The translations under genes were made by a program, and so were the position numbers. From Vicinamibacterales bacterium (GTDB taxonomy: Bacteria; Acidobacteriota; Vicinamibacteria; Vicinamibacterales; SCN-69-37): 55,585 bases of DNA. Location of the stretch: contig DASUGC010000111.1 of assembly GCA_036274235.1 (NCBI GenBank), positions 1 through 55,585 on the forward strand, given 5' to 3'. The notes below the pieces were generated by a model that worked only from the letters and a program-made list of their open reading frames with translations, ran no database searches and was not told where the DNA came from. Below are positions 8,298-19,397 of the stretch, in pieces; position 1 is the stretch's first letter; each line of letters starts with the position of its first letter.

Positions 8298-10262
8298 ATG
8301 GCCATGGCAGACGCGAACCCCGAAATCCACGCGCTGCTCGATGAAGCCCGCGTGTTCCCGCCGTCGCCGGCCTGGCGGGCGGGCGCGCGCATCAACGATC
8401 CCCACGTCTACGAGCGCGCCGCCGCCGACCCGGAAGCTTTCTGGGCCGCGTTCGCCGCCGAGCTGGACTGGATCAAGCCCTGGACACAGACCCTGGACTG
8501 GCAGCCGCCCCACGTCCGCTGGTTCGTCGGCGGCCGGCTCAATGTCAGCGTCAATTGCCTCGACCGGCACGTCCGCACCGCCCGTCGCAACAAAGCGGCG
8601 CTCGTCTGGGAAGGCGAGCCCGGCGACCGCCGGACACTCACGTATTTCGATCTCCACCGGCAAGTCAGCCAGTTCGGCAACGTGCTCCGCTCGCTCGGCG
8701 TCAGGAAAGGCGACCGTGTGGCGCTGTACATGCCGCTCATTCCCGAGCTGGCGATTGCCATGCTCGCCTGCGCGCGCATCGGCGCCGTGCACAGCGTGGT
8801 CTTTGGAGGATTCAGCGCGGAGGCGCTGCGCGATCGCATCAACGACGCGCAGTGCACCGTTCTCGTCACGGCCGACGGCGGCTATCGGCGCGGCCAGATC
8901 GTTCCCCTGAAGCAGATGGCCGATGAGGCGCTCCGCGACACGCCGTCGATTCAGCACGTCGTCATCGTCAAGCGGCAGGATGGCGAGTCGATTCCCGTGC
9001 ACGTGCAGGAGGGGCGCGACCATTGGTACCACCGCCTGATGCAGGATGCCGCGCTCGTCTGCGATCCGGAATCGATGGACTCAGAGGACATGCTCTACAT
9101 CCTCTATACGTCCGGGACGACGGGGAAGCCGAAGGGCATCGTGCACACCACCGGCGGCTACCTCACCGGCGCGTACGCGACGACACGGTGGGTCTTCGAT
9201 CTGCGAGACGAAGATGTGTATTGGTGCACGGCGGACATCGGATGGGTGACCGGGCACACCTACGTCGTGTACGGTCCGCTCGCCAATGGCGCCACGGTGT
9301 TGATGTACGAAGGCGCGCCGGACTGGCCACAGAAGGATCGCTTCTGGAGCTTGATCGAACGCTACGGCGTGACGGTGTTCTACACGGCGCCTACGGCGAT
9401 CCGGGCCTTCATGAAGTGGGGCACCGAATGGCCGGCGAAACGCGATCTCAGCAGTTTGCGCTGGCTGGGATCGGTGGGGGAGCCGATCAATCCGGAAGCG
9501 TGGATGTGGTACTACGAGCACATCGGCCACAGGACCTGTCCGGTCATTGATACGTGGTGGCAGACCGAAACGGGCCACATTCTGATCTCGCCTCTTCCCG
9601 GCATTACGACGTTGAAACCGGGTTCGGCCACCAAACCGTTTCCGGGGATCACCGCGGAGATTCGCAACGCCCAGGGCGAGCGGGTTTCTCAAGGCGGTGG
9701 GCTGCTGGCCCTCACCAGACCGTGGCCGGGCATGCTTCGCGGAATTTACGGCGATCCGGAGCGATTCGTCTCCCAGTATTTCAGCCGCTGGAAGGACGGG
9801 GTCTACTTCACCGGCGACGGCGCCCGCGTGGATCAGGACGGCGACTACTGGCTGCTGGGCCGGGTTGACGACGTGCTGAACGTGGCGGGGCATCGGATCG
9901 GGACCATGGAGGTAGAAAGTGCGCTGGTTGACCACCCGAAGGTCGCCGAAGCCGCGGTCGTGGGCAAAACTCACGAAATCAAAGGCCAGGCCGTGGCCGC
10001 GTTCGTCACAGTGAAGGAAGGCGTGAAAGCCGGCGACGCGCTCGTGGACGAACTCAAGGAGCACGTCGTCCGTAAGATCGGAGCATTGGCCCGGCCGGAC
10101 CAGATTCTCTTCGCGGCGGATCTGCCGAAGACGCGTTCGGGCAAGATCATGCGCCGGTTGCTGCGAGATATCGCCGACGGCAAGGCGCTTGGCGACACGA
10201 CGACGCTGGCCGATCCGAACGTGGTGGCGAAGCTCAAAGAGCAGTACGAAGAGAATGAATAG
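8298..10262 (+). CDS. acs: acetyl-CoA synthetase (acetate--CoA ligase)
   Basis: 654 aa with AMP-binding motif [18 protein letters not shown], and C-terminal [15 protein letters not shown]. Length and motifs are canonical for Acs. Confidence 0.95.
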   Translation: MAMADANPEIHALLDEARVFPPSPAWRAGARINDPHVYERAAADPEAFWAAFAAELDWIKPWTQTLDWQPPHVRWFVGGRLNVSVNCLDRHVRTARRNKAALVWEGEPGDRRTLTYFDLHRQVSQFGNVLRSLGVRKGDRVALYMPLIPELAIAMLACARIGAVHSVVFGGFSAEALRDRINDAQCTVLVTADGGYRRGQIVPLKQMADEALRDTPSIQHVVIVKRQDGESIPVHVQEGRDHWYHRLMQDAALVCDPESMDSEDMLYILYTSGTTGKPKGIVHTTGGYLTGAYATTRWVFDLRDEDVYWCTADIGWVTGHTYVVYGPLANGATVLMYEGAPDWPQKDRFWSLIERYGVTVFYTAPTAIRAFMKWGTEWPAKRDLSSLRWLGSVGEPINPEAWMWYYEHIGHRTCPVIDTWWQTETGHILISPLPGITTLKPGSATKPFPGITAEIRNAQGERVSQGGGLLALTRPWPGMLRGIYGDPERFVSQYFSRWKDGVYFTGDGARVDQDGDYWLLGRVDDVLNVAGHRIGTMEVESALVDHPKVAEAAVVGKTHEIKGQAVAAFVTVKEGVKAGDALVDELKEHVVRKIGALARPDQILFAADLPKTRSGKIMRRLLRDIADGKALGDTTTLADPNVVAKLKEQYEENE

Positions 10263-10331
10263 TCCCGAGTCCCTGGTCCCTTGTCCCTGGTCTGGGGAAC
10301 GAGGGACTCAGGACTCGGGACGAGGGACTGG
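10261..10331 (+). terminator. large imperfect hairpin built from 4x GTCCCnn then 4x GGGAC-type units (acs 3' end)
   Basis: The left half is aGTCCCgaGTCCCtgGTCCCttGTCCCtgg and the right half is GGGACtcaGGACtcGGGACgaGGGACtgg. GTCCCGAGTCC (10262-10272) pairs perfectly with GGACTCGGGAC (10311-10321). The element fills the acs/ABC-ATPase spacer. Confidence 0.45.
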
Positions 10332-10334
10332 CTT

Positions 10335-11036
10335 ATGCCCCTGATTGAAACCCGCGAGTTGTGGAAGACCTACCAGATGGGCACCGAGCAGGTGCATGCG
10401 CTGAGCGGTGTGTCCATCGTCATTGAGCGCGGCGAGTACGTGGCCATCATGGGCCCGTCCGGGTCCGGCAAGTCCACGTTGATGAACCTCATCGGCTGCC
10501 TCGACACGCCGACGAAAGGCACGTACCTGCTCAACGGCAAGCAGGCGAGCCAGATGAATGACGATGAGCTGGCGCGGATCCGGAACGAGGAAATCGGATT
10601 CGTCTTTCAGACGTTCAATCTGCTGCCGCGCGCGTCCGCGCTGCACAATGTCGAGCTGCCGATGATCTATGCCGGCGTGCCGGCCAAGGTGCGGCGCGAG
10701 CGCGCCAACAAGGCGCTGGAGAAGGTGGAGCTCGGCGATCGCAAGAACCATCGGCCCAACGAGCTGTCGGGCGGGCAGCGGCAGCGCGTCGCGATTGCGC
10801 GCGCGCTGGTGAACAATCCGTCGATCCTGCTGGCCGACGAGCCCACGGGCAATCTGGACTCGAAGACCGGCGTCGAAATCATGAGCCTGTTTGCGCGGCT
10901 GCACGAGGGCGGCAACACAATCATCCTCGTGACGCACGAGCCTGACGTGGCGGCCTATGCCCACCGTGTGATTCACATCCGGGACGGGAAGGTCGAGAAA
11001 GACGTGGCCCGCGAACAGGCGGCCGCGACGGTCTAG
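10335..11036 (+). CDS. ABC transporter ATP-binding protein (MacB/LolD-type ATPase)
   Basis: Walker [10 protein letters not shown], signature LSGGQRQR, Walker B ILLADEPT, and TH switch LVTHE. I trimmed it to ATG 10335 because the 18 upstream track codons lie inside the GTCCC/GGGAC hairpin repeat. No FtsX-type permease gene follows. Confidence 0.9.
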   Translation: MPLIETRELWKTYQMGTEQVHALSGVSIVIERGEYVAIMGPSGSGKSTLMNLIGCLDTPTKGTYLLNGKQASQMNDDELARIRNEEIGFVFQTFNLLPRASALHNVELPMIYAGVPAKVRRERANKALEKVELGDRKNHRPNELSGGQRQRVAIARALVNNPSILLADEPTGNLDSKTGVEIMSLFARLHEGGNTIILVTHEPDVAAYAHRVIHIRDGKVEKDVAREQAAATV

Positions 11037-11055
11037 CGCTCCAAAAAGCTGAACC

Positions 11056-11952
11056 ATGGTTCGTTGCTGTCTGGCGATCGCGCTGGTCCTGGGGGCCGCG
11101 CGGCCTGTTTGTGCGCAGGATCTGGCGCCGGCGGCCTACAACCCTGGGCCCACGCGGATGAATGTCCTGACGTTCCTCGCCAGCTTCAACAACGGCGACG
11201 TCACCTTTGACCCCGCGCTGCCCATTGAAAATGCGCGCGCCACGATTGGCGCCGGCGTCATTGGCTACACGCGATCGTTCGGCTTGGCCGGCCGCTACGC
11301 CAACATCAGCGTCGGCCTCCCATACGGCAACGGGCACATCGAGGGGATGGTGCTCGGCGAACGCCGGCAGCGTTCGCCCGCCGGCCTCGGAGACATCGTG
11401 GTGCGGACCGCCGTGAATCTCTACGGCGCCCGGGCCATGTCGCCTCAGGAGTTTGCGTCCTACAAGCAGAAGACCATTGTGGGCGCCAGCCTTGTCGTCG
11501 TGATGCCGGTGGGTGCCTACGACTCGACCAAGGCCATCAACGTCGGCAGCAACCGCTGGGCATTCAAGCCCGAAATCGGCGTGGCGCATCGAGCCGGCGC
11601 GTGGACGTTCGAGGGCGATTTTGCGATGCTGTTCTATACAGACAACACGAACTTCTTCAATGGCGCGCTGTACGAGCAGGATCCGATTGTCGCCGTGCAG
11701 GGCCACGTGATCCGCGCGTTCAAGCCCGGACTCTGGGCCGCGTTTGACGCCAACTTCTGGCGAGGCGGACGGCCGACCACGAATGGCGTGCCGGGATCCG
11801 AGCTGCAGAAGAACTCACGCGTCGGCGCCACGCTGGCGCTGCCGATCAAGCGCCAGCACCAGTTGCGCGTTGCCTACAGCTTCGGCGCCTACACGCGCCT
11901 GGGCGGCGATTTCAACGCGCTGGGCGTGTCGTACTCGTACGTCTGGCGGTGA
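11056..11952 (+). CDS. outer-membrane beta-barrel 'transporter' (MetA-pathway/Phenol_MetA_deg-like family)
   Basis: 298 aa with signal peptide MVRCCLAIALVLGAARPVCAQ and alternating beta-strand pattern. It contains SPAGLGDIVV and an aromatic C-terminal strand GVSYSYVWR. Confidence 0.6.
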   Translation: MVRCCLAIALVLGAARPVCAQDLAPAAYNPGPTRMNVLTFLASFNNGDVTFDPALPIENARATIGAGVIGYTRSFGLAGRYANISVGLPYGNGHIEGMVLGERRQRSPAGLGDIVVRTAVNLYGARAMSPQEFASYKQKTIVGASLVVVMPVGAYDSTKAINVGSNRWAFKPEIGVAHRAGAWTFEGDFAMLFYTDNTNFFNGALYEQDPIVAVQGHVIRAFKPGLWAAFDANFWRGGRPTTNGVPGSELQKNSRVGATLALPIKRQHQLRVAYSFGAYTRLGGDFNALGVSYSYVWR

Positions 11953-11975
11953 GAGGGTTTTACCTTGTAGCGCCA

Positions 11976-12857
11976 TCAAACCCCAGCGAAATGCCCCTCG
12001 CTCACTTCGCGCAGCGGCAGCGCCTTGAAGCTCCCTGCATCGAACGGAATCCGCGGCAGCCGCCCGCCCGGTGTCAGTTGCGGGATCGCGGAGAGCAGCG
12101 CCTTTGTATATGGATGCGCCGCGGCCGTGAAAATGTGTTCGGCCGGCGCCAGTTCGACGATCCGCCCCCGATACATGACGGCGACGCGGCTGCAGATCTG
12201 CCGAACCAGGCGGAGATCGTGCGCGATGAACAGGTACGTCAATCCGAGCCGCTTCTGCAGATCGAGCAGCAGGTTCACCACCTGCGCCTGCACCGACACG
12301 TCCAGCGCCGACACCGGCTCGTCGCAGACGATGAGCGAGGGCTCGAGCGCCAGTGCGCGGGCCACGCCGATCCGCTGGCGCTGGCCGCCGCTGAATTCGT
12401 GCGGATACCTGCTGGTGGCCGCCGGATCCAGGCCGACCAGCTCGAAGAGCTGCCGGACACGCGCCTGCCGCTCATCGCGCGATCCGGCCTTGTGAATGAT
12501 CAGCGGTTCCTCGACGGTGGCGCCGACGCGCATCCGGGGATTGAGCGAGGAATACGGGTCCTGAAAGACGATCTGGAAATGGCGGCGGGCCCGCCGCAGA
12601 TCGCGCGACGACAGCGCCCGCACGTCCATGTCCTTGAAATGAATTTCCCCGGCCGTGGGCTCAATCAATCTGAGCAGGCATCGCCCCGTCGTGGTCTTGC
12701 CCGAGCCGGATTCGCCCACCAGCCCGAATGTTTCGCCCGGCGCAATCGTAAAACTCACGTCGTCCACGGCCCGAACGGCTGGACCTCGACGGAACAGCCC
12801 GCCGCGCCCGTGGAATTCCTTGACGAGATTGCGGACGTCCACGAGTGGCGCGGCCAT
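11976..12857 (-). CDS. oligopeptide/dipeptide-type ABC ATP-binding protein (OppF/DppF-like)
   Basis: Walker [10 protein letters not shown], signature [15 protein letters not shown], Walker [14 protein letters not shown] trimmed it to ATG 12857, which shares one base with the upstream stop (TGATG). Confidence 0.9.
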   Translation of the reverse strand: MAAPLVDVRNLVKEFHGRGGLFRRGPAVRAVDDVSFTIAPGETFGLVGESGSGKTTTGRCLLRLIEPTAGEIHFKDMDVRALSSRDLRRARRHFQIVFQDPYSSLNPRMRVGATVEEPLIIHKAGSRDERQARVRQLFELVGLDPAATSRYPHEFSGGQRQRIGVARALALEPSLIVCDEPVSALDVSVQAQVVNLLLDLQKRLGLTYLFIAHDLRLVRQICSRVAVMYRGRIVELAPAEHIFTAAAHPYTKALLSAIPQLTPGGRLPRIPFDAGSFKALPLREVSEGHFAGV

Positions 12858-13853
12858 CACTTGTGGTCCTCGATCAGGGACGTGCGATCGTACAGATGAC
12901 ACCGCACGTCATGGCCGATGCTCGTGGCGGCGACGTCGGGCGGAATCTTGTCGCAGGGATCGAACCGATCCGCGCATCGCGGCGCGAACGGGCACGCATC
13001 TCCGAACCGGCCGAGCGGCGGCACGCTGCCGGGAATCGCCACCAGGCGCTCGCCCGATCGCCCGCCCGGCACGGATGCCAGCAGGCCGCGCGTGTAGGGA
13101 TGCTTTGGTGACCCGAGCAGCTCCGTCACCGGCGCTTCCTCGACGATGCGTCCGCAATACATGACGGCGACGCGATCGGCCATTTCGGCCATGACGCCGA
13201 GGTCGTGGGTGATGAGCAGGAGCGACAACCCGAACGTCTTGCGTAGATCGCGAAGCAGGTCGAGCACCTCGGCCTGGACGGTGACATCGAGGGCCGTGGT
13301 CGGTTCGTCGGCGATGACGAGGGACGGCTCGGCCGCCAGCGCCAGAGCCAGCATCGCGCGCTGGCGCAGCCCGCCGCTCAACTGATGCGGATATTCTGCC
13401 GCCCGTCGCGCCGGCTCAGGCACGCGAACCGCCTCGAGCAACTCCACGGCGCGCCGGCGAGCGGCACCGCCGCGGGCGAGGCCGTGCACCATCAGCGTTT
13501 CCGCGATCTGATACCCGATGGTGTAGACCGGATCGAGCGCGACCATGGGCTCCTGGAACACGAATCCGATGCGGCGTCCGCGGACGCGCTGCAGCTCGCG
13601 CTCGCCCTGCGCCATCAGGTCCTGGCCTTCGAACAGGATTCGGCCGCCGGCGATGCGTCCCGGTGGCGTCACCAGGCGGATGATCGAGAGGGCGGTGACA
13701 GACTTGCCGCTGCCGGATTCGCCGACCAGCCCGAGCGTCTCGCCCTTGCCGATCTGAAAGCTCACATCGTTGACGGCTGCCGCGTCGCGTCCGTCGGCCA
13801 GACGGAACACGGTCGTCAGATGCTCGACGCTGAGTAACGGGACGCGCGGCGCC

Positions 13854-13870
<17 letters not shown>
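12857..13870 (-). CDS. oligopeptide/dipeptide-type ABC ATP-binding protein (OppD/DppD-like)
   Basis: Walker [10 protein letters not shown], signature [15 protein letters not shown], Walker [13 protein letters not shown], and Cys-rich C-terminal tail [15 protein letters not shown] trimmed it to in-frame GTG 13870, which overlaps the mutase stop by 17 nt. The longer track start (13993) would lie deep inside the upstream gene. Confidence 0.85.
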
Positions 13871-15419
<1,549 letters not shown>

Positions 15420-15602
15420 GAGCCGACATTAGTCTGCCACGGTTGGGGTTTGCACGGCCGGGGCGCGCGGCCGGCGCGGATTCTGACGATGTTGTCGCGG
15501 GATGGACGGTACAGCGTCGCTGTGTGCGGATGTTTTTGTAACGCGGCGTGTATCGCGCGGCTGGTTCTCCCGCGAGACGCCGATGAGACACAGTTTTCGC
15601 GT

Positions 15603-15631
15603 TTGACAGGTTCTGGAGCGGTGTCTACAAT
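15603..15631 (+). promoter_or_regulatory. consensus sigma-70 promoter (TTGACA-17 bp-TACAAT)
   Basis: TTGACA lies at 15603-15608, then an exact 17-nt spacer (ggttctggagcggtgtc), then TACAAT at 15626-15631. It sits about 48 nt upstream of ATG 15679, which has a GGAGG RBS. Confidence 0.6.
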
Positions 15632-15678
15632 GCCCCAACCTTTTTCGGCGTGCGTTGTCCCGGAATGTGGAGGACGGC

Positions 15679-15978
15679 ATGGATTCAACGATGAAGCAGC
15701 TGGCGCGCGAATTATCAGATGCCGTGTCGGCTGCACTGGCGGATGACGCACGCGTCGAAGCGTGCCGCGAGAAAGCTCGCAACGCTGGGTTCGACATGCG
15801 CGTGTCACTCGAAGCCGTCGTCACCTTCGCGAGTCGCGACGCAGCCCCGGGCGCGAAGGGATCCCACGCGCGCAAGTCCGGTGGACGCTTCGGCCTCGAA
15901 ATGAGCGCCAACGATCGCCGCTTCCTCAAGTCGCTCCGAATCTCCGCCGACGAGCCGACCCAGAAGGAAGTCGAATAG
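15679..15978 (+). CDS. hypothetical small protein (99 aa)
   Basis: ATG 15679 is preceded by GGAGG (15669-15673) and by a consensus sigma-70 promoter. The sequence MDSTMKQLARELSDAVSAALADDARVEACREKARNAGFDMRVSLEAVV.. matches no family I recognise. Confidence 0.55.
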   Translation: MDSTMKQLARELSDAVSAALADDARVEACREKARNAGFDMRVSLEAVVTFASRDAAPGAKGSHARKSGGRFGLEMSANDRRFLKSLRISADEPTQKEVE

Positions 15979-16079
15979 CTCACGGCCCGTCGTGACCCCG
16001 CTCTCGACGGCTGGCCAGGTTCGCCGCCGTCTCATTAATTAGTTTCTCCTCAACCAGCGCATTTCGGTCCAACCGGCGT

Positions 16080-16094
16080 TGGCCCGACTCTTGC
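16080..16094 (+). promoter_or_regulatory. candidate sigma-54 (-24/-12) promoter TGGCCCgactcTTGC
   Basis: It matches TGGCAC-N5-TTGC with one mismatch and correct GG-N10-GC spacing. It is intergenic, 45 nt upstream of the OMP start at 16139. Confidence 0.5.
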
Positions 16095-16138
16095 CCCTGC
16101 TCCGGCGGGTGTTCGTCATCCAAAGGAGCCATCAACGT

Positions 16139-16819
16139 ATGCGTATCGTGAAGTCGTTTCTGCTAGGCGCCGCGATCCTGGCCTGTTTCCCGGCTGTGTC
16201 CGCCGCGCAGGAGCGGCCGTGGCACATCTACTTCGGCGGCGGTCCCACGTTCGTCGCGGGAAAGATGGGCGATCACTTTTCCACCGGCGTCGGCCCCGCC
16301 GTCGGCGCGACCTTCGATCTCAATTCACGCGTGAGCATCGGCGCGGAGTACGCCTTCCGCCGCTTCCATGCCGAAAACTGGGTGGACGTGCTTGGCGTTT
16401 CGCTGACGGCGCATCACGATACGCACCAGATCGCGGCCAACTTCATCTATAACGTGACGCCGGCCGACGCGCGCGTGCGCATCTACGCCGTGGCTGGTCC
16501 CGGCGCGTATTACCGCAAGGTGACGGTCACCAAGTACGAAGGCACCGGGGTCGTGTGCGATCCCTACTGGTACATCTGCGGCACGTACCCCATTGAGTCG
16601 ATCATTGGTTCGCGAGGCGGCTGGGACTTCGGCTTCAGCGTCGGCGCAGGGGTCGGCTTCAAGCTGGGCCAGAGCGACGACGCGGAGTTCACGATTGAGT
16701 CGCGCTATCACTTCGTGGCGGGCCCGCAGATTACACCGAACGCCGGGTCGCCCGGTTCGTTCACCGGCGGGAAGGCGAACGGTTACTACATTCCGCTGAC
16801 GTTCGGATTCCGGTTCTAA
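16139..16819 (+). CDS. outer-membrane beta-barrel protein (OmpA-N/OMP_b-brl-like, small barrel)
   Basis: I trimmed it to ATG 16139, which follows AAAGGAG (16121-16127). Signal peptide is MRIVKSFLLGAAILACFPAVSAAQ. It has alternating amphipathic strands and a terminal YYIPLTFGFRF with C-terminal Phe. Confidence 0.75.
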   Translation: MRIVKSFLLGAAILACFPAVSAAQERPWHIYFGGGPTFVAGKMGDHFSTGVGPAVGATFDLNSRVSIGAEYAFRRFHAENWVDVLGVSLTAHHDTHQIAANFIYNVTPADARVRIYAVAGPGAYYRKVTVTKYEGTGVVCDPYWYICGTYPIESIIGSRGGWDFGFSVGAGVGFKLGQSDDAEFTIESRYHFVAGPQITPNAGSPGSFTGGKANGYYIPLTFGFRF

Positions 16820-16894
16820 GGTCAGGCGGCGCCGGGGCCGTCGCGCGCGATGGCTTCCCGTCCGTCCGTTATCGCACAGGAAAAGGAGTTACGC

Positions 16895-17458
16895 ATGAAG
16901 CGCATGAAAATCGGCGCCGGTGTCGTGGCCATCGCGTTGGCATTGCCGGTCGTCCTGTTCGGCCAGAAGACCAGCTTTGACTTCGACAAGACGGCGAACT
17001 TCGCGGCATTCAAGACCTTCGCGCAGAAGAAAGGCACGCCCGCCAACGATCAGTTCGTGGACAAGAGAATTACCGATGCCATCGACGCCGAATTGATCGC
17101 GAAGGGCATGACCAAAAACGAAACCTCCCCGGACGTGACCGTCGTCTATCACGTGTCCTTGAAGGAAAAGCAGGACATCTCCACATACAACTATGGCTAC
17201 GCCGGCGGCTACGGGCCGTACGGCTGGGGCTGGGGCGGCGGATGGGGCGGCACGCAGGTGATGGTCAACAACATCACCGAGGGCACGCTGATCATCGACA
17301 TCGCCGACGCGCAGAAGAAACAGATGGTCTTCCGCGCCGTGGGCGTGAAGGAGATTGACGTCCAGGCGAAGGCCGAAAAGCGGGACAAGAACGTGGCCTC
17401 GGCCGTGAAGAAGATGCTCAAGAACTACCCGCCGCCCCCGGACAAGAAAAAGAAGTAA
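16895..17458 (+). CDS. DUF4136 domain protein (secreted/lipoprotein-like), paralogue 1
   Basis: ATG 16895 follows AAGGAG. Signal peptide MKRMKIGAGVVAIALALPVVLFGQ is followed by DFDKTANFAAFKTFAQ..VDKRITDAIDAELIAKGM..DVTVVYHV..GTLIIDIADAQKKQMVFRAV. The layout is shared with the ORFs at 20731 and 37326. Confidence 0.7.
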   Translation: MKRMKIGAGVVAIALALPVVLFGQKTSFDFDKTANFAAFKTFAQKKGTPANDQFVDKRITDAIDAELIAKGMTKNETSPDVTVVYHVSLKEKQDISTYNYGYAGGYGPYGWGWGGGWGGTQVMVNNITEGTLIIDIADAQKKQMVFRAVGVKEIDVQAKAEKRDKNVASAVKKMLKNYPPPPDKKKK

Positions 17459-17469
17459 CACCGCCCCCC

Positions 17470-18126
17470 GTGCCAGAACGCCGACTTCGGTCCGCGGCGA
17501 TCGCGATCGCGGTCGCGCTCGTCGCCGCGGGCCGGACGGCGTCCGCCCAGGCCCCATCGGCCCCATCTCCGCCCGCACGGCCGGCGTGGAATCTGTCGGC
17601 CATGCTCTACAGCTATTTCATTCCTGACGAGCGCGACTACCTCCAACCGACAGTCGCCGCGGACCGCGGCGTCCTGCACCTGGAGACGCGGGCGAACTAC
17701 GAGGGACTGGGCGTCGGATCCGCATGGGCCGGCTGGAACTTCGCCTGGTGCAAGGCGGTGACGCTCGAACTCACACCCATGTTCGGCGGCGTCTTCGGCG
17801 ATACGAAGGGTGTGGCGGCCGGCGGCCGCGGCAGATTCAACTGGGACTTCATCGAAGCCTCGAGCGAGAGCGAGTACGTCTTCGACGCGACGGGGAAGGC
17901 CGACTGGTTTTATTACAACTGGTCGCAGGTCCTCCTGTCGCCCGCCGAGTGGTGGTATGCCGGCCTCGTGGCGCAACGGACGCGGGCCTACAAAGGCGAA
18001 CGCGACATCCAGCGGGGCTTCCTCGTCGGATTCATCCTCGGGCCCGTGGACATCACGGCCCACATGTTCAATCCCGATGATGCCAGGCCGACGTACGTGC
18101 TGAGCGTGAGTGTTGGCAGGAAATAG
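17470..18126 (+). CDS. hypothetical secreted protein, probable beta-barrel
   Basis: 218 aa with a GTG start 11 nt after the DUF4136 stop. Signal peptide is RSAAIAIAVALVAAGRTASAQ. The body is aromatic-rich with alternating segments (WNFAWCKAVTLELTPMFGGVFG.., WFYYNWSQVLL..). Confidence 0.55.
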   Translation: MPERRLRSAAIAIAVALVAAGRTASAQAPSAPSPPARPAWNLSAMLYSYFIPDERDYLQPTVAADRGVLHLETRANYEGLGVGSAWAGWNFAWCKAVTLELTPMFGGVFGDTKGVAAGGRGRFNWDFIEASSESEYVFDATGKADWFYYNWSQVLLSPAEWWYAGLVAQRTRAYKGERDIQRGFLVGFILGPVDITAHMFNPDDARPTYVLSVSVGRK

Positions 18127-18162
18127 GGGACGGCGGCACGGACAAGAGCGTCACATGCCGTC

Positions 18163-19203
18163 TCACCGTCCGAACGTCCACCCCAGTGACGTCACCACGC
18201 CGACGTCCGTCCGCGCCGCCCCTTCCTTGGGCGGCTTGCTGTCGAACGTGTAGAAGACGCTGAACGTCAGCGTCAGATCCTTGTACAGCTCACGGTTGAA
18301 GGACGAATCGATCTGGACGCGCTGCCGTCCCTTTTGCGAAAAGCTTGGATAGTACTGCGTCTTGAAGTCGATCGTCGTCTTGGGCGAATCGTAGGTGTAG
18401 TACGACGTATTCGCCATGAAGACCGCTTCCAGGTTCTGGGTCGATTCGGAATCGTCAACCGCCTGCTCGTTGTTGAACACCACGCCGCCTCCCACTTCGA
18501 ACTGCGCGCGGTTCGTGTTGACCAGCCGTTGCCCGGCGGTGGCGCCAAGCTGTGAGCGGAGGACGAGGCCCAGGCTCTGGTTGCTCTCGAGCCGGCCGCC
18601 TGACGCGATGAACCACCGCAGTCCCCGATAGCGGACGTAATCGGCCGACAGCGACGCGCGATTGTCGTCTTCGGTGTCTTCCTGCTGGGTGAGCGTGGCG
18701 GAGCTGGCCATGCGGAACTGGAATGCCGGCCGCCGGTAAATCGCGTCCTGGTTGAAGGTGATCTGAGAGAGTTGCGCGGAGTGGGAGTACGAAAACCCGG
18801 CGTTGACGGAGCCTTCCAGCTTCGACCAGAAGCTGGCCCCAATCGCGGTCAGCCGCGTCACGTCGTCCATGGCCAGGATGAGCGGATTGTCCATCACGCC
18901 GATGGCGATCTGCCGATCGGCCGGGCTGCTCAGACTGCCGAGCAATCGACGCCCATCGCTGGTTTCGATCTCGAAGAGCCGCGTCGACTCCACGCGCCGG
19001 ACTTTGTCCCACTCGAAATTGATGGTGCCGGCGTCATCGGTCTTCAGCGCCAGCCGCCCACGCGACAGCGACGTGATCTCACCGGTGATGCGGTCGCCGT
19101 TGCCGAGCGTCACGACGTCGGTTTTGGGCTGGCACCACGCCGGGCTTGCGATGAAAAGGAAGACGAAGATGAAGAGGGAGACGATCACGGACCGAACGAG
19201 CAT
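18163..19203 (-). CDS. DUF481-family outer-membrane protein
   Basis: I trimmed it to ATG 19203 (MLVRSVIVSLFIFVFLFIASPAWCQ signal). The N-terminal region reads VVTLGNGDRITGEITSLSRGRLALKTDDAGTINFEW. Barrel segments follow (SLSADYVRYRGLRWFIASGGRLESNQSLGL.., TFSVFYTFDSKPP..VVTSLGWTFGR). Confidence 0.65.
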   Translation of the reverse strand: MLVRSVIVSLFIFVFLFIASPAWCQPKTDVVTLGNGDRITGEITSLSRGRLALKTDDAGTINFEWDKVRRVESTRLFEIETSDGRRLLGSLSSPADRQIAIGVMDNPLILAMDDVTRLTAIGASFWSKLEGSVNAGFSYSHSAQLSQITFNQDAIYRRPAFQFRMASSATLTQQEDTEDDNRASLSADYVRYRGLRWFIASGGRLESNQSLGLVLRSQLGATAGQRLVNTNRAQFEVGGGVVFNNEQAVDDSESTQNLEAVFMANTSYYTYDSPKTTIDFKTQYYPSFSQKGRQRVQIDSSFNRELYKDLTLTFSVFYTFDSKPPKEGAARTDVGVVTSLGWTFGR

Positions 19204-19247
19204 CGGCCGACACCCCGCAAGGATCGCGCCACCGTCGTGTCGGCCGA
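19203..19247 (-). promoter_or_regulatory. 11-bp perfect inverted repeat abutting the DUF481 start codon
   Basis: TCGGCCGACAC (19203-19213) and GTGTCGGCCGA (19237-19247) are separated by 23 nt. On the minus-strand mRNA the 3' arm ends at the A of the ATG. Confidence 0.35.
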
Positions 19248-19397
19248 TGGGGCAGGCCCAAGGGGACGGCTGACGGCCTCGAAACCAAAAGTCACGGCCC
19301 ATTGTGAGGGCGGGTGCCATCGCGTGGTTGGCGTCAGCCGAAAAGCCGCGGTCGGATTGAGGTTGTACTGATTAGCGGGAATGGGAATAATGCGGAC

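Noticed and set aside
15420-15602. Possible cobalamin riboswitch in the leader of the B12-dependent mutase gene
   Set aside because: The minus strand has stretches vaguely like riboswitch segments (GGGAGAACCAGCCGCGCG, AGAATCCGCGCCGGCC). I could not find a B12 box (GCCACTG context) or the expected helix arrangement. B12 riboswitches also normally control B12 supply or B12-independent isozymes, not B12-dependent enzymes. A covariance-model search (Rfam RF00174) would settle it.
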